Assembly: GCA_963786955.1 (NCBI GenBank)
Contig: CAWBAT010000007.1
Coordinates: forward strand, 160,001 to 224,000
Origin: an uncultured Acidimicrobiia bacterium
Lineage (GTDB): Bacteria > Acidobacteriota > Terriglobia > Versatilivoradales > Versatilivoraceae
Length of the DNA: 64,000 nucleotides
Direction: 5' to 3'
The notes below the pieces were generated by a model. It saw only the letters and a list, made by a program, of their open reading frames with translations, was not told the DNA's origin and did not search any database. The translations under genes were made by a program, and so were the position numbers. Shown here in pieces: positions 7,573 to 18,176 of this stretch (position 1 is the first letter of the stretch; every line of letters starts with the position of its first letter).

Positions 7573-9135
7573 ATGCACTCGGTTATTTATATTGCACTAA
7601 CCGTGGCGGTTGCTCTGGTGGTGGTACTGTCGGTCATGTTGGTGAGAAACAAACAGGCCGCACTGACCTTAAAAACAGCAGAACTATCCGCACAGAAGAT
7701 TGTTGGAGATTCGAAGCGCGAAGCAGAGAACATCAAGAAAGAAGCCTCACTAGAGGCCAAAGACAAGATCCTCAGTCTTAGAAGCGAGGTTGAAAGACAA
7801 AATAAGGACCGGAAGATAGAGCTTCAAAGTATTGAAAGGCGCCTGAATCAGAAGGAGGAATCTCTAGAGAAGAAAGAACAGGCCTCAACTCAAAGGGAAA
7901 GAGAACTCACCCAGCGGGAAAAACGCTCTTCTGAAAAGGAATATGCCCTGGCCCTTGACGAAAAAAAGGCCAAGGATCTGATTCAGGAACAGAAACGACA
8001 ACTGGAAGCAATTTCAAACCTCACCACCGAAGAAGCTCGCAAACAACTCTTCAAACAAATTGAAGTAGACTGCCGGAAGGATTGCATCGCTGTCATCAAG
8101 CGGGTAGAAGAAGATGCCCGTTTAACGGCTCTGGAAACCGCCAAAGAGATTATCACGATGAGTATCCAACGATGTGCCGGGGAGCATGTCGTTGAATCTG
8201 CAGTTTCGGTTGTCGATCTCCCAAATGATGAGATGAAGGGCCGCATTATCGGGCGTGAAGGAAGAAACATCAGGGCTTTGGAAGTTGCGACGGGGGTTGA
8301 TCTAATCATCGATGATACGCCCGAAGCCATCATTGTCTCTGCTTTTGATCCTATCCGTCGTGAAATCGCCAAAACGGCGATTGAAAGGCTCATTGCCGAT
8401 GGCCGAATTCATCCCGCTCGAATCGAAGAGGTCGTTGAAAAAGTTAAAGCCGAGTTGGATGGCAGGATCCAGAAAGAAGGTGAAGAGGCCGCTCTCGAGT
8501 TAGGAATCCATGATTTTCACGCTGAAATCATTCGGCTGCTGGGAAGACTGAAATACCGCACCAGTTACGGGCAAAACGTATTGAGTCATTCCAAGGAAGT
8601 GGCCTATTTGGCAGGGATGATGGCGGCTGAGATCAAGGGGAAGGCTGGTGTGTGCAAAAGGGCAGGCCTTTTGCACGACATTGGAAAGGCTTTTGACCGG
8701 GAAGTTGAAGGCACTCATATCCAGTTGGGGGTGGAAGTCGCCCGGCGATGTGGCGAATCAGAAGAAGTAATCCACTGCATGGAAGCTCACCACTTTGACG
8801 TTGATTTCAAAACAGTCGAGGCTCAGCTTGTACAGGCTGCGGACGCTCTGTCGGCCGCGCGCCCTGGCGCCCGGCGCGAGATACTTGAAACCTATGTCAA
8901 GCGACTCGAAAAATTAGAGAATCTTGCCGATTCTTTTGAGGGGGTTTCGAAGTGTTATGCCCTTCAAGCGGGACGGGAGATCCGGATCCTGGTGGAAAGT
9001 GACAAGGTCAGCGATGAGCAAGCTTTCTTCCTGACCCGTGACATTGCACGAAAGATTGAGAACGAGCTCCAGTACCCCGGACAAATCAAGGTTACGGTGA
9101 TACGCGAGACGCGCGTTGTGGATTACGCGCGATGA
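7573..9135 (+). CDS. rny: Ribonuclease Y
   Basis: N-terminal TM, coiled coil, KH motif MKGRIIGREGRNIR, RTSYGQNVLSHS, HD motif LLHDIGK, ARPGARRE, YPGQIKVTVIRE. Confidence 0.98.
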   Translation: MHSVIYIALTVAVALVVVLSVMLVRNKQAALTLKTAELSAQKIVGDSKREAENIKKEASLEAKDKILSLRSEVERQNKDRKIELQSIERRLNQKEESLEKKEQASTQRERELTQREKRSSEKEYALALDEKKAKDLIQEQKRQLEAISNLTTEEARKQLFKQIEVDCRKDCIAVIKRVEEDARLTALETAKEIITMSIQRCAGEHVVESAVSVVDLPNDEMKGRIIGREGRNIRALEVATGVDLIIDDTPEAIIVSAFDPIRREIAKTAIERLIADGRIHPARIEEVVEKVKAELDGRIQKEGEEAALELGIHDFHAEIIRLLGRLKYRTSYGQNVLSHSKEVAYLAGMMAAEIKGKAGVCKRAGLLHDIGKAFDREVEGTHIQLGVEVARRCGESEEVIHCMEAHHFDVDFKTVEAQLVQAADALSAARPGARREILETYVKRLEKLENLADSFEGVSKCYALQAGREIRILVESDKVSDEQAFFLTRDIARKIENELQYPGQIKVTVIRETRVVDYAR

Positions 9136-9917
9136 GAATTTTCTTTGTTGGCGACATTGTTGGAAAGCCAGGGCGAGAGGCTCTGGAACACAATCTTCCT
9201 CACATTCTCCAAAGTCGTGGCATCGATCTCTGTATTGCGAATGCTGAAAATGCGGCTGCTGGAAACGGAATTACGCCGCGGCTCGGGGAGGAGTTCTTAA
9301 GCCTGGGGATCGATGTTCTGACTTCCGGCAATCATGTTTGGGACAAAAAGGAAGTCCTGCCTTATTTTGATCAACAGCCCCGCCTCCTGCGTCCTGCCAA
9401 TTATCCCCCTACGGCCCCGGGGAAAGGACTCTATAAGGGAACTGCGCGAAACGGGCAGCCCTTTGCTGTCTTGAATCTCCAGGGAAGAGTTTTCATGCCT
9501 TCCATTGACTGCCCCTTTCGAATCGGCGATGAACTCCTTGCGCAACTCAGTGATTCCGTTAAGGTCATCTTCATTGATTTCCATGCGGAGGCAACCGCGG
9601 AAAAACAAGCCGTGGGATGGTATTTTGACGGCAGAGTATCTGCCCTTGTCGGCACGCATACCCATGTGGCGACAGCCGATGAGCAGGTACTCCCTAAAGG
9701 GACGGCATATATTTCCGATGCGGGCATGACGGGTCCCCACAATTCCGTCATTGGAGTGAAGAAAGAAATCATTATACCCAAGTTTATCAATCAACTTCCG
9801 GCGCGGTTCGAAATAGCAACTGAAGATGTCCAAATCAATGGTGTCGAGATTGAAGTCGATGACACGACTGGCCGCGCTTTGAGCATTCAACGTTTCGCCC
9901 GAAAAGTCCAATTGTGA
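9132..9917 (+). CDS. ymdB: YmdB/TIGR00282 metallophosphoesterase
   Basis: GDIVGKPG, NAENAAAG, TSGNH, RPANYP, DFHAEAT, GTHTHV, DAGMTGP; overlaps the rny stop. Confidence 0.95.
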   Translation: MRIFFVGDIVGKPGREALEHNLPHILQSRGIDLCIANAENAAAGNGITPRLGEEFLSLGIDVLTSGNHVWDKKEVLPYFDQQPRLLRPANYPPTAPGKGLYKGTARNGQPFAVLNLQGRVFMPSIDCPFRIGDELLAQLSDSVKVIFIDFHAEATAEKQAVGWYFDGRVSALVGTHTHVATADEQVLPKGTAYISDAGMTGPHNSVIGVKKEIIIPKFINQLPARFEIATEDVQINGVEIEVDDTTGRALSIQRFARKVQL

Positions 9918-9926
9918 GGCCTCTTC

Positions 9927-11258
9927 ATGTTTGATCAATTGTCGCAGAAACTCCAGAAGGTCTTTAAGAATCTCCGTGGTGAAGGGAAACTTTCTGCCCA
10001 GCATATTGATGAAGCGCTCAAAGAAATCCGAATGGCGCTGCTCGAGGCCGACGTCCATTTCAAAGTCGTCAAACAGTTTGTCGAGTCCATCAAGGAAAAG
10101 TCCCATGGTCAGGAGGTTATGGACAGCCTGACACCGGGACAGCAGGTCGTCAAAATTGTTCATGATGAATTGGTCGAAATGTTAGGGGGCGCCTCTTCAA
10201 AACTGAATTTTGGCGCACGTCCTCCCAGCGTCTTTATGATGGTGGGTCTCCAGGGATCCGGCAAAACCACGACGGCTGGAAAACTCGCCCTTTGGTTGAA
10301 CCGTCACGGGCACCGGACCCTGCTTCTGTCCATCGACGTCTATCGTCCGGCAGCACGTGAGCAGTTGTCGGTCATTGCCAAGGATATCGGTGCTCATTGT
10401 TTCGCGGGGACTGGGGTGGACGATCCGAGCCAGCTCTGTCGTGATGCTCTCCGGGAGGCGGGGAATTCCGGCTGCGATATCCTGCTTATCGATACGGCCG
10501 GGCGATTACATATCGACCAGCAGTTGATGGAAGAACTGCAAGTGGTCAAGCAGTTAGTCAATCCAGCGGAAATTCTGTTTGTTGCGGATGCGATGACCGG
10601 GCAAGATGCTGTCAAGAGTGCCAAGGAGTTTCATGATCAGCTTGCCTTGACGGGAGTCATCCTCACGAAAATGGATGGCGACGCCCGTGGTGGCGCCGCG
10701 CTCTCCATTAAATCGGTGACGGGTCAGCCCATCAAATTCGTCGGCGTCGGAGAGAAATCAGATGCCTTAGAGCAATTCCATCCCGATCGGATGGCATCCC
10801 GGATTCTGGGGATGGGCGATGTCCTCTCTTTAATTGAGAAGGCTCAGCAATCGATTGATCAGGAAAAAGCCGAAGAACTGGGTGAAAAGCTGCTGAAGGA
10901 TTCGTTTACGCTCGCAGATTTTGGCGACCAATTGCGGCAAATGAGAAAATTAGGTCCCCTGGACCAACTGATCGGGATGCTGCCGCAGATCGGACCGTTT
11001 AAAGATATGAATAAGGTCAAAGTCGATGAACGGGAATTAATCCATATCGAAGCGATCATCAATTCGATGACCCCTTATGAGAGAGCCCATCATCAAGCCA
11101 TCAATGGCAGCCGACGAAAACGGATTGCGCGCGGGAGCGGGACTTCTGTTCAGAAAGTGAATCAGCTGTTGAAGCAGTATGTCCAAACCCGAAAAATGAT
11201 GAAGCAGATGAGCGGAGGAATGATGGCTAAGTTATCAAGAATGAAAATGCCATTTTGA
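9927..11258 (+). CDS. ffh: Signal recognition particle protein
   Basis: GLQGSGKTT, DTAGR, DAMTGQ, TKMDGDARGG, FHPDRMASRILGMGD, Met-rich M domain. Confidence 0.99.
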   Translation: MFDQLSQKLQKVFKNLRGEGKLSAQHIDEALKEIRMALLEADVHFKVVKQFVESIKEKSHGQEVMDSLTPGQQVVKIVHDELVEMLGGASSKLNFGARPPSVFMMVGLQGSGKTTTAGKLALWLNRHGHRTLLLSIDVYRPAAREQLSVIAKDIGAHCFAGTGVDDPSQLCRDALREAGNSGCDILLIDTAGRLHIDQQLMEELQVVKQLVNPAEILFVADAMTGQDAVKSAKEFHDQLALTGVILTKMDGDARGGAALSIKSVTGQPIKFVGVGEKSDALEQFHPDRMASRILGMGDVLSLIEKAQQSIDQEKAEELGEKLLKDSFTLADFGDQLRQMRKLGPLDQLIGMLPQIGPFKDMNKVKVDERELIHIEAIINSMTPYERAHHQAINGSRRKRIARGSGTSVQKVNQLLKQYVQTRKMMKQMSGGMMAKLSRMKMPF

Positions 11259-11406
11259 CCTTATGATGTTTGTGGAGACAGTCGCCACTTTTATTATAGC
11301 TTCCGCTCCGGGCGCTTTCTTGAATCTAATGCTGTCCAAACCTGGCTATCCCCTCATTCTCTTCCGCCGAATTTACCGCGAAGAGGGTGTGCTTGGCCAA
11401 TCTGGA

Positions 11407-12432
11407 TCAGGTTTCAAGAACGAGTTCTCTTACCTTCAGCAACGGTCCATCCGCAATGTCATTGGGGACCGAGCACCCGGGCGCCAGGATAAGGCGGCGC
11501 TTCTGCATCGCCTCTACCGCTTCCTGAATTTCGCCCTTGAGTTCGACGTCGGTTAGCTTCGCCATATTGGTTTCGTCCAGGCCACCCATCAAAGTTCCAG
11601 AAAACTTCTTCTTCATTTCATTAAGACTCATTCCCGTCCCATAAACAGAGTAGTTGATCGCCTGAATCGGGTAACTCAGGAGGGTGTCGAAATGAGGACT
11701 GTTCCCGTGAATATGCAGAATATTAAGGTAGCCTTTATCCTTGACCGCATCCAGAATCATCAAATCGGATTCTCGGACGAATTTCAAATACTCCTGCGTA
11801 TCCATAACCGAGTGATCCGCAGCCGCCACTGCCAAAAAAATTCCGGCGGCTCCAGCATCAAGGGCAAGTCTTGCATGGTTGCCTTGAGACTCGGAAATGG
11901 CGCGCAAGACTTTTTTGAGCGTAGAAGGATCCTCCCGTTTCAGCTGTTCCACTGCTTTTTTTGACGACAGCTTTTCCAGGACTGTCCATGATTGGAAAAT
12001 TGTTTCCACGAATGGGGCTTTCCCTTTGAGTTCCTTGTCGATTATTTTGAGAGCTTTGATTTGCTCCGGGAAGGGATTCTTAATAGGCTCAATTTTTTTC
12101 CAATCAGAAAACTCGGTGATGGCGCCCATATTCTCTGGAAGGGGAAAAGAATAGTCACTCATCACCTTCAATAGATCGACGTCGAATTTTCGATAAAAAT
12201 CAAGGGTCGCTTCTGCTTGCTTTTCCCCTGGCAACTTTTCTAAACCAAAATGATGCCAAAAAGTAAAAGGCGGGCGATCTACACGCTCGGCCCGCAACAC
12301 AGCTTTGATGCGCTCTATTTTGGTCATCTGTGACTTAGAGTTGCCCAAAATTGTCCCCCTGTTCATCACTACTGAAGCGAATAGGCCACCCGCAGCCATG
12401 AAATGTCGCCGTGAGATTTTGCTTGAAGGCAT
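11407..12432 (-). CDS. Uroporphyrinogen decarboxylase-family protein with Tat signal
   Basis: SRRHFMAAGG Tat motif; ERIKAVLRAERVDRPP, ILHIHG, LMGGLD, ILAPGCSVP. Confidence 0.85.
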   Translation of the reverse strand: MPSSKISRRHFMAAGGLFASVVMNRGTILGNSKSQMTKIERIKAVLRAERVDRPPFTFWHHFGLEKLPGEKQAEATLDFYRKFDVDLLKVMSDYSFPLPENMGAITEFSDWKKIEPIKNPFPEQIKALKIIDKELKGKAPFVETIFQSWTVLEKLSSKKAVEQLKREDPSTLKKVLRAISESQGNHARLALDAGAAGIFLAVAAADHSVMDTQEYLKFVRESDLMILDAVKDKGYLNILHIHGNSPHFDTLLSYPIQAINYSVYGTGMSLNEMKKKFSGTLMGGLDETNMAKLTDVELKGEIQEAVEAMQKRRLILAPGCSVPNDIADGPLLKVRELVLET

Positions 12433-12745
12433 CGAAAACTCATCCTTTCATTAAGCCAGATTACTTCTTGTGTCGTCGCAATGAAGAACTGCCGTCGCAA
12501 TCTACGAGCGCCTACCGCGGTTATAGCATCCTGCCAGGACCGAAGACAGACTTCCCCGCTTTTGCAACAGTTTCGAAATGTTACCATTTCTGGGTCTAAG
12601 GAGAAAGCTTGGGATCGAATATAATCCTGATTGATGTGGGGAACTAGAATATGGAGGGGGCGCCCTGCACTGAATTTTCAGGACTTTCCATGACGCTTTC
12701 TGAATGATGATCGTTGGGGAGCCAGCTTCTTGAAAGTTGAGGTTC

Positions 12746-14116
12746 TTAAAGATTATCCGCCTCTAGGATAAATTCTTCCTCAATGTCGCTTGCCCAATCC
12801 GCTCCAAGACTTGCTTCCGTGACGCCTAAAGCCATGATTGCGTCAGGCTTTTGGACTCCTTTGTCGAAATGGCCATTCTCAAACGATTTGATTACTCGTT
12901 CTTTCAACCCATTTAGGTCTGAGTCCGGATTCGTGGAGGCCTCATTCATGAGATTTAACAGGTCCAGGTAATAATCCGCATGTCCGTAAACCACGAGTTT
13001 GTTAAGGCTCTCTCTTGCTTCCCGCACATTCCCATCCTGAAGCTGCAGAGTGACGAGCCTTTTCAAGTGCTCTTCGAGATTCCGCTTATCGTTCATTCGG
13101 ATCATGATAGTTGTGAGGGTTTTCCAGATTCTAATATTTTCTCTATCCAACCTCGCCAGATTGTCGAGAATTTCTCGCATGTTGTCTTCATCCTGCATCT
13201 GAATCGAGATATCAATGATGCTTTCCATCAAGTCCAGTGCAGAATCAAGTTTCCCTTCACTAATCAACAGCTTGAGTAATTTTACTGCAGGTACATAAAG
13301 CGCAGTGTTCTCCCGGACGCTTTCTTTAAGGATCTTCAGGGCCGACTCAAGATCCCCTGCCGTGATGAGCAATTCACACATCGTCAATTTGAAGTCCGAA
13401 TCCTCAACCATTGTCAAGGATTGCAGGTATTCAATGGCCCGAGTCGTCATCCCGACTTTCTCCAATAATCGGAATAAGGCCTTTATGATCTCTTTGTTTT
13501 TGGGGCGAATGCGAAGGATATTCTCGGTAACGGTAATCGCCTCGGCGGTTTTGTTTTGATCTGCGAGGAGATTGGCACTCTGGAGGTAACATCGTATAGC
13601 CTCTTCAGCTTTTCCCTGTAATTCCAGATGTTGTGCCAATTTTAGAAAACCTTGGGAACACTCGGGTTCCAGATTACAAGCCTTTTGAAATAAGGATGAA
13701 GCTTCGTTATGTTCCCCAAGGTCCATCTTTTGTTGTGCCAGGATTTGGTAGAAATTCTTTGCATTAGTCTTTTGTCCTTGCCGTTCGAAAATAAGAGCTA
13801 ACTGCATAATCGCCTCTTGATTCTTGGGGGCAAGCTTTAAGATCTTCTTGTAAGTGGCCACCGCATTTGAGAACAGTTCACGAGCGAAAAAGGATTCTGC
13901 AAGCTGGGCGTACCAGAACATTGCATTCTCTTTGTCATCCAAACGGACATAGAGGTCGCCAATGTTGTTTAGAATCGTTGTATCTTCCGGCTCCAATTCA
14001 TGGATTTTTAGATATTGCTCAAGGGCAAGCGTCAGCTTTCCCAGCCTGACATATTTCCCGGCCTGTTGCAGATATTTACTCGTTTTCGCATCCATATGCC
14101 CTCTCCCTTTCCTCAT
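12746..14116 (-). CDS. Tetratricopeptide-repeat protein
   Basis: Repeated TPR helices (ALEQYLKIHELEP, NNIGDLY, AVATYKKILKLAP); acidic tail. Confidence 0.85.
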   Translation of the reverse strand: MRKGRGHMDAKTSKYLQQAGKYVRLGKLTLALEQYLKIHELEPEDTTILNNIGDLYVRLDDKENAMFWYAQLAESFFARELFSNAVATYKKILKLAPKNQEAIMQLALIFERQGQKTNAKNFYQILAQQKMDLGEHNEASSLFQKACNLEPECSQGFLKLAQHLELQGKAEEAIRCYLQSANLLADQNKTAEAITVTENILRIRPKNKEIIKALFRLLEKVGMTTRAIEYLQSLTMVEDSDFKLTMCELLITAGDLESALKILKESVRENTALYVPAVKLLKLLISEGKLDSALDLMESIIDISIQMQDEDNMREILDNLARLDRENIRIWKTLTTIMIRMNDKRNLEEHLKRLVTLQLQDGNVREARESLNKLVVYGHADYYLDLLNLMNEASTNPDSDLNGLKERVIKSFENGHFDKGVQKPDAIMALGVTEASLGADWASDIEEEFILEADNL

Positions 14117-14387
14117 GAACTGCTCAATTTCTAAGTTCCTTTATACGCCACTACACCAATATACAATACACGTACCGTTCCAAAGGTCGGATCTGAATCA
14201 AGCCATTTATAATCAATAGGATAGAAGTAATGTGAAAACGAGAGGACCCGGCTCCACCGGAATAACTGCCTTATTTTCGGTCATTTTTCCCGACCCCGCC
14301 GAGTTTCGAATCCGAATTGCGTTTCCGAAACCAATGACTTAGGATTTGCTGAGTTTACAATTGGGCAGGATGTCGAACAGGTTTCTT

Positions 14388-15377
14388 ATGAACACCAGAT
14401 TGGCCATCGTCGGCTTTGAACATATGCATGCCTCTCATTATCTTAGCTGCCTCCAATCCATGCCTGATTTGAGTGTCGTGGCCATTGTAGAGGCCGACGC
14501 GAGGAAGGTAGCGGAATATTCAGAACAGATCGGCATGGTACCCTGCATGGCGGATTACAGAGAACTTATTCGATCCAGTTCTGTAGACGGGGTCATTCTC
14601 TGTTCGGCCAACAGCAGACATAAGCAGATGGTGATTGATATTGCCCGCGCCGGAACCCCTATACTTTGTGAGAAACCCTTGGCGACGAAGAAGGCTGAAG
14701 CCAGAGAGATGCTAGCCATCGTCGAAGCTCATGGGGCTAACTTGGGTATTTGTTTCCCTTGTCGGTTCAGTGAATCGCTCCAGCAGGCAAAGCATTGGAT
14801 TGAGAATGGGGTGCTGGGTGAAATTATCGCAGTCAATGCCACCAACCACGGCACGATGCCAGGAGGCTGGTTTGCGGACCCGGCGTTATCCGGAGGCGGA
14901 GCCATCATGGACCATACGGTCCATGTTGTGGATGCACTGCGCTGGTTGTTTGACCGAGAATTCGTCCGAGTGTATGCACAAGCATCAACACGTCTGCACT
15001 CTTTGTCCGTGGAGGATGTGGCGGTTCTAAGTCTAGAAATGAGTAATGGATTATTTGTGACATTGGATTCCAGTTGGTCTCGGCCCAGTCTCTCATTCCC
15101 GATCTGGGGAGACGTTAAGCTGGCTGTGGTTGGCACAAGCGGAATCTTGAACCTGGATCTGTTCCCATGGACCCTGAGCCATTATTCAGAGCAGGCAGCC
15201 AAACAGGTGGCCATTTCCCATGATGGAGATCTCATTCGGCGGATGCTCGAAAACTTCGTCCATTGTATTCAAAATGGGCAGCCGATCTCGCCGAACGGTG
15301 TTGATGGATTAAGGGCCTTGGAAGTCGTCGAGGCAGCCTACGGTTCGGTTGCTACAGGAAAGGTTGTCATGCTTTAG
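14388..15377 (+). CDS. Gfo/Idh/MocA NAD(P)-dependent oxidoreductase
   Basis: LCEKPLA, GGGAIMDHTVHVVD, VEDVA. Confidence 0.92.
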   Translation: MNTRLAIVGFEHMHASHYLSCLQSMPDLSVVAIVEADARKVAEYSEQIGMVPCMADYRELIRSSSVDGVILCSANSRHKQMVIDIARAGTPILCEKPLATKKAEAREMLAIVEAHGANLGICFPCRFSESLQQAKHWIENGVLGEIIAVNATNHGTMPGGWFADPALSGGGAIMDHTVHVVDALRWLFDREFVRVYAQASTRLHSLSVEDVAVLSLEMSNGLFVTLDSSWSRPSLSFPIWGDVKLAVVGTSGILNLDLFPWTLSHYSEQAAKQVAISHDGDLIRRMLENFVHCIQNGQPISPNGVDGLRALEVVEAAYGSVATGKVVML

Positions 15378-15464
15378 TCCTGACTCGGAATGGCATGGCT
15401 TGGTGGGAAGAGTAAGCTCTTAGATTTGATTTCAGGAGATCACGGAGTGAGATGAGAAACAACA

Positions 15465-16511
15465 ATGAGTGAGTTCATGGACCGATCCGCTGCGCTTGCG
15501 GTTGTGCACAAACCTTTGGATGTGGCCATTCTTGGAGCCGGAAATATGGGCTTAAAGATGGTGCGAGCTTTGCAGAGAATTCCCGGTGTCAGGATCCGGT
15601 TCGTCTATAGCCGTACATTTTCCAACGCCGAGAAGTTAGCGCTCGCCTGCGATGCGGTTCCATTGGATCAACCGGATCCGGTATATGACGAATCTTCAGT
15701 CTCCGTTGTTTTTGACTGTCTCCCTACCTTTACTCGGTTGAGTACGTTGCAAAAATGCGTGGCCGCACAAAAGCACGTTTTTTGCGAGAAGCCTCTCGCG
15801 CTGAACAAGCAGATGGCCGATGGGATCCGCCACTGTCTCTCTGGGTACAAACAGGTCGTCACCGTTGGGCTGGTCCTCCGGTTCTTTTGGGAGTACGCAA
15901 AACTGAGACAAATGGTGATGGCTGGAGACGTCGGCCAGGTGGGGACCATTCGCCTTTCACGTTGTGTGGGATTCCCGGGGCCTGGATCTTGGTTTGCAGT
16001 ACCAGAAAAAAGTGGAGGCGTCATTTTGGATCTACTCATTCATGACCTGGACTTCCTGCGTTGGACGTTTGGAGAGGCGAAAACCGTCTACGCGAAATCG
16101 GCTTCAGAAAAACATCTTAATGGACTGGACTATGCCCTCTTGAGCATTCAGTTAGAGTCTCATGCGATTGCACATCTTGAAGGGAGTTGGGCGCATCCGG
16201 TCGGAAGTTTTCATCAGAGCGTGGAGATTTGCGGTAGCCGGGGCATGCTTGTTTACGACAACCTTGCTTCCAGCCGCTTTCATTGGATGTCCACAACAAA
16301 TAGTCGAGACGAAATGGGTTCTCGGATTTCTCTTCTGCAAGTTGACCCTGACAACGATCCCTACTTAGCGGAAACTCAGGACTTTATTCACTGCGTCAGG
16401 CACGGAAAAAAACCTGCAGTTTCCTGGGAGGATGCGCTGCGTTCCTGCGAGCTGGCTTTTTGCGCGGTTGAATCGGCACGGTCAGGGCAACCGGTCACTA
16501 TGACCAAGTGA
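15465..16511 (+). CDS. Gfo/Idh/MocA NAD(P)-dependent oxidoreductase
   Basis: GAGNMG, HVFCEKPLA, SGGVILDLLIHDLD. Confidence 0.92.
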   Translation: MSEFMDRSAALAVVHKPLDVAILGAGNMGLKMVRALQRIPGVRIRFVYSRTFSNAEKLALACDAVPLDQPDPVYDESSVSVVFDCLPTFTRLSTLQKCVAAQKHVFCEKPLALNKQMADGIRHCLSGYKQVVTVGLVLRFFWEYAKLRQMVMAGDVGQVGTIRLSRCVGFPGPGSWFAVPEKSGGVILDLLIHDLDFLRWTFGEAKTVYAKSASEKHLNGLDYALLSIQLESHAIAHLEGSWAHPVGSFHQSVEICGSRGMLVYDNLASSRFHWMSTTNSRDEMGSRISLLQVDPDNDPYLAETQDFIHCVRHGKKPAVSWEDALRSCELAFCAVESARSGQPVTMTK

Positions 16512-16547
16512 TAATCGAATGTAATACGTAAGATATCGGGGAATGCC

Positions 16548-16603
16548 TGGTAGGGCGCGCTCGCTGAGCGCGCCGCGGACGGCCCGGCGGTCCGTCCCTT
16601 CCA
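16548..16603. repeat. GTAG-type REP doublet
   Basis: tggtagggcgcgctcgctgagcgcgcc...ggacggcccggcggtccgtcccttcca: two GC hairpins bracketed by an imperfect TGGTAGGG inverted repeat. Confidence 0.7.
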
Positions 16604-16734
16604 AGTCAGCCGAGGCTCGAGCTGTGGTCGCCATTGCCCCCAAATAACTAACCCGTTACGATCGAATCTCAAATTGACTTCAGTCAGTGTCTTGCATAGC
16701 ATGACGCTATCTCTTAAAACCAAAAGGAAACTCT

Positions 16735-18093
16735 ATGGACAGAAGGCAAGCACTACGTTGGATCTCATCCAGTGCATTGGCAGGAGGCACGAGTTTGCTT
16801 CCCCTGGACAATTCGCTGCAGCCACTGTGGGCGCAAAGTAAGCCAGGCGTCACTCGAGGTTTACCCCCCGTCAAGATCCGAGATATCGAAACGATCCTGA
16901 CTTATCCCAATGGTGTCCGCCTTGTCATTGTGAAAGTGTTGACTACCGAGCCTGGCTTGCACGGATATGGATGCGCAACCTTCACCCAGAGACCCCTCGT
17001 CGTGCAAACGGCGGTGGAGAAGTACCTCAAACCCTTCCTGTTGGGAAGAAACGTCGATGAGATCGAAGATATCTGGCAGTCCTCCTATGTCAGTTCCTAT
17101 TGGCGCAATGGCCCGGTCCTCTTTAACGCAATGAGCGGGGTGGATATGGCGCTATGGGATATCAAAGGGAAGAGAGCCAATATGCCAGTCTATCAGCTGC
17201 TCGGCGGCAAATGCCGCTTTGCGGCAGAATGTTATTTCCATGCCTCGGGGCGAGACTTTCAAGAAGTTGAGACGAGCGCACGGCAAGCCATGGAGTCAGG
17301 ATTCCGACATATTCGGATCCAAGTGGATGTTCCTGGTCAGAGGACCTATGGAATCGGCGGCACGGACATGGATGATAAAGATATTGGACCCACCAATCCG
17401 CGAGCGGTTTGGGAGAACACTTCCTATCTTCTTCTGGTCCCTAAGCTTTTTGAGTATATGCGCGCGAAATTGGGGGACCAGGTTGAGTTGATTCACGATA
17501 TTCATGAGCGTCTATCACCCAGCGAGGCTGTAAACCTATGCAAAGAATTGGAAAAATATCGCCCTTTTTTTATCGAAGACCCGGTGCCCCCTGAAGAGAG
17601 CGATCATTTTCGCTTGATTCGTCAACAATGCAGTACGCCCCTTGCGATGGGAGAGCTCTTCAATAACTTGCATGAATATCTGCCGCTGATTTCGAATCGT
17701 TACATTGATTTTATTCGCATTCATATCTCGCAGATCGGCGGCCTCAGCATGGCTCGCAAAGTTGCGGCACTGAGTGAATTGTTCGGTGTCAAAACGGCGT
17801 GGCATGGCCCAGGAGACGCCTCTCCGGTGGCGCACGCAGCTCAGTTGGCTCTTGAATTGGCCAGTTACAATTTCGGGATTCATGAAGGCTATCTCTTTCC
17901 GGCGGAGACGCGAGAAGTGTTCAAAGGCTGTCCGGAAATCAAGAATGGATATATGTATGCAAACGAGGCCCCCGGTTTGGGAATTGAAGTGGACGAAAAA
18001 CTGGCCGCAAAGTTTCCCTATCCTACCGATCGTACTTTTGACCCTATATGGGGCACCATCAGAAAGAAGGATGGCACCGTCATACGCCCATAG
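16735..18093 (+). CDS. Enolase-superfamily sugar-acid dehydratase (RspA/ManD-like) with Tat signal
   Basis: DRRQAL Tat-like motif; SYWRNGPV, DMALWDIKGK, HDIHER, FIEDP, MGE, WHGPGD. Confidence 0.9.
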   Translation: MDRRQALRWISSSALAGGTSLLPLDNSLQPLWAQSKPGVTRGLPPVKIRDIETILTYPNGVRLVIVKVLTTEPGLHGYGCATFTQRPLVVQTAVEKYLKPFLLGRNVDEIEDIWQSSYVSSYWRNGPVLFNAMSGVDMALWDIKGKRANMPVYQLLGGKCRFAAECYFHASGRDFQEVETSARQAMESGFRHIRIQVDVPGQRTYGIGGTDMDDKDIGPTNPRAVWENTSYLLLVPKLFEYMRAKLGDQVELIHDIHERLSPSEAVNLCKELEKYRPFFIEDPVPPEESDHFRLIRQQCSTPLAMGELFNNLHEYLPLISNRYIDFIRIHISQIGGLSMARKVAALSELFGVKTAWHGPGDASPVAHAAQLALELASYNFGIHEGYLFPAETREVFKGCPEIKNGYMYANEAPGLGIEVDEKLAAKFPYPTDRTFDPIWGTIRKKDGTVIRP

Positions 18094-18176
18094 GACTCCA
18101 TCCCAATCAGAAGGCTTGAAATGAACCCTTTCTGGAATCTGCGAGTCAAGAAGTTCAGTCGAAACGGAGATAGAGC

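Noticed and set aside
9297-10163. 288-aa antisense ORF over ymdB/ffh, and similar long antisense ORFs over rtcB, the dehydratase gene and nadA
   Set aside because: These are shadow frames of conserved genes with no recognisable motifs.
11259-11406. SRP RNA (ffs) next to ffh
   Set aside because: No domain IV motif (CAGG...GGAA...AGCAG) was seen.
14167-14182. Sigma54 promoter for the TPR gene (TGGAACGGTACGTGTA, minus strand)
   Set aside because: The -12 element reads GT instead of the near-invariant GC, which is too weak to call.
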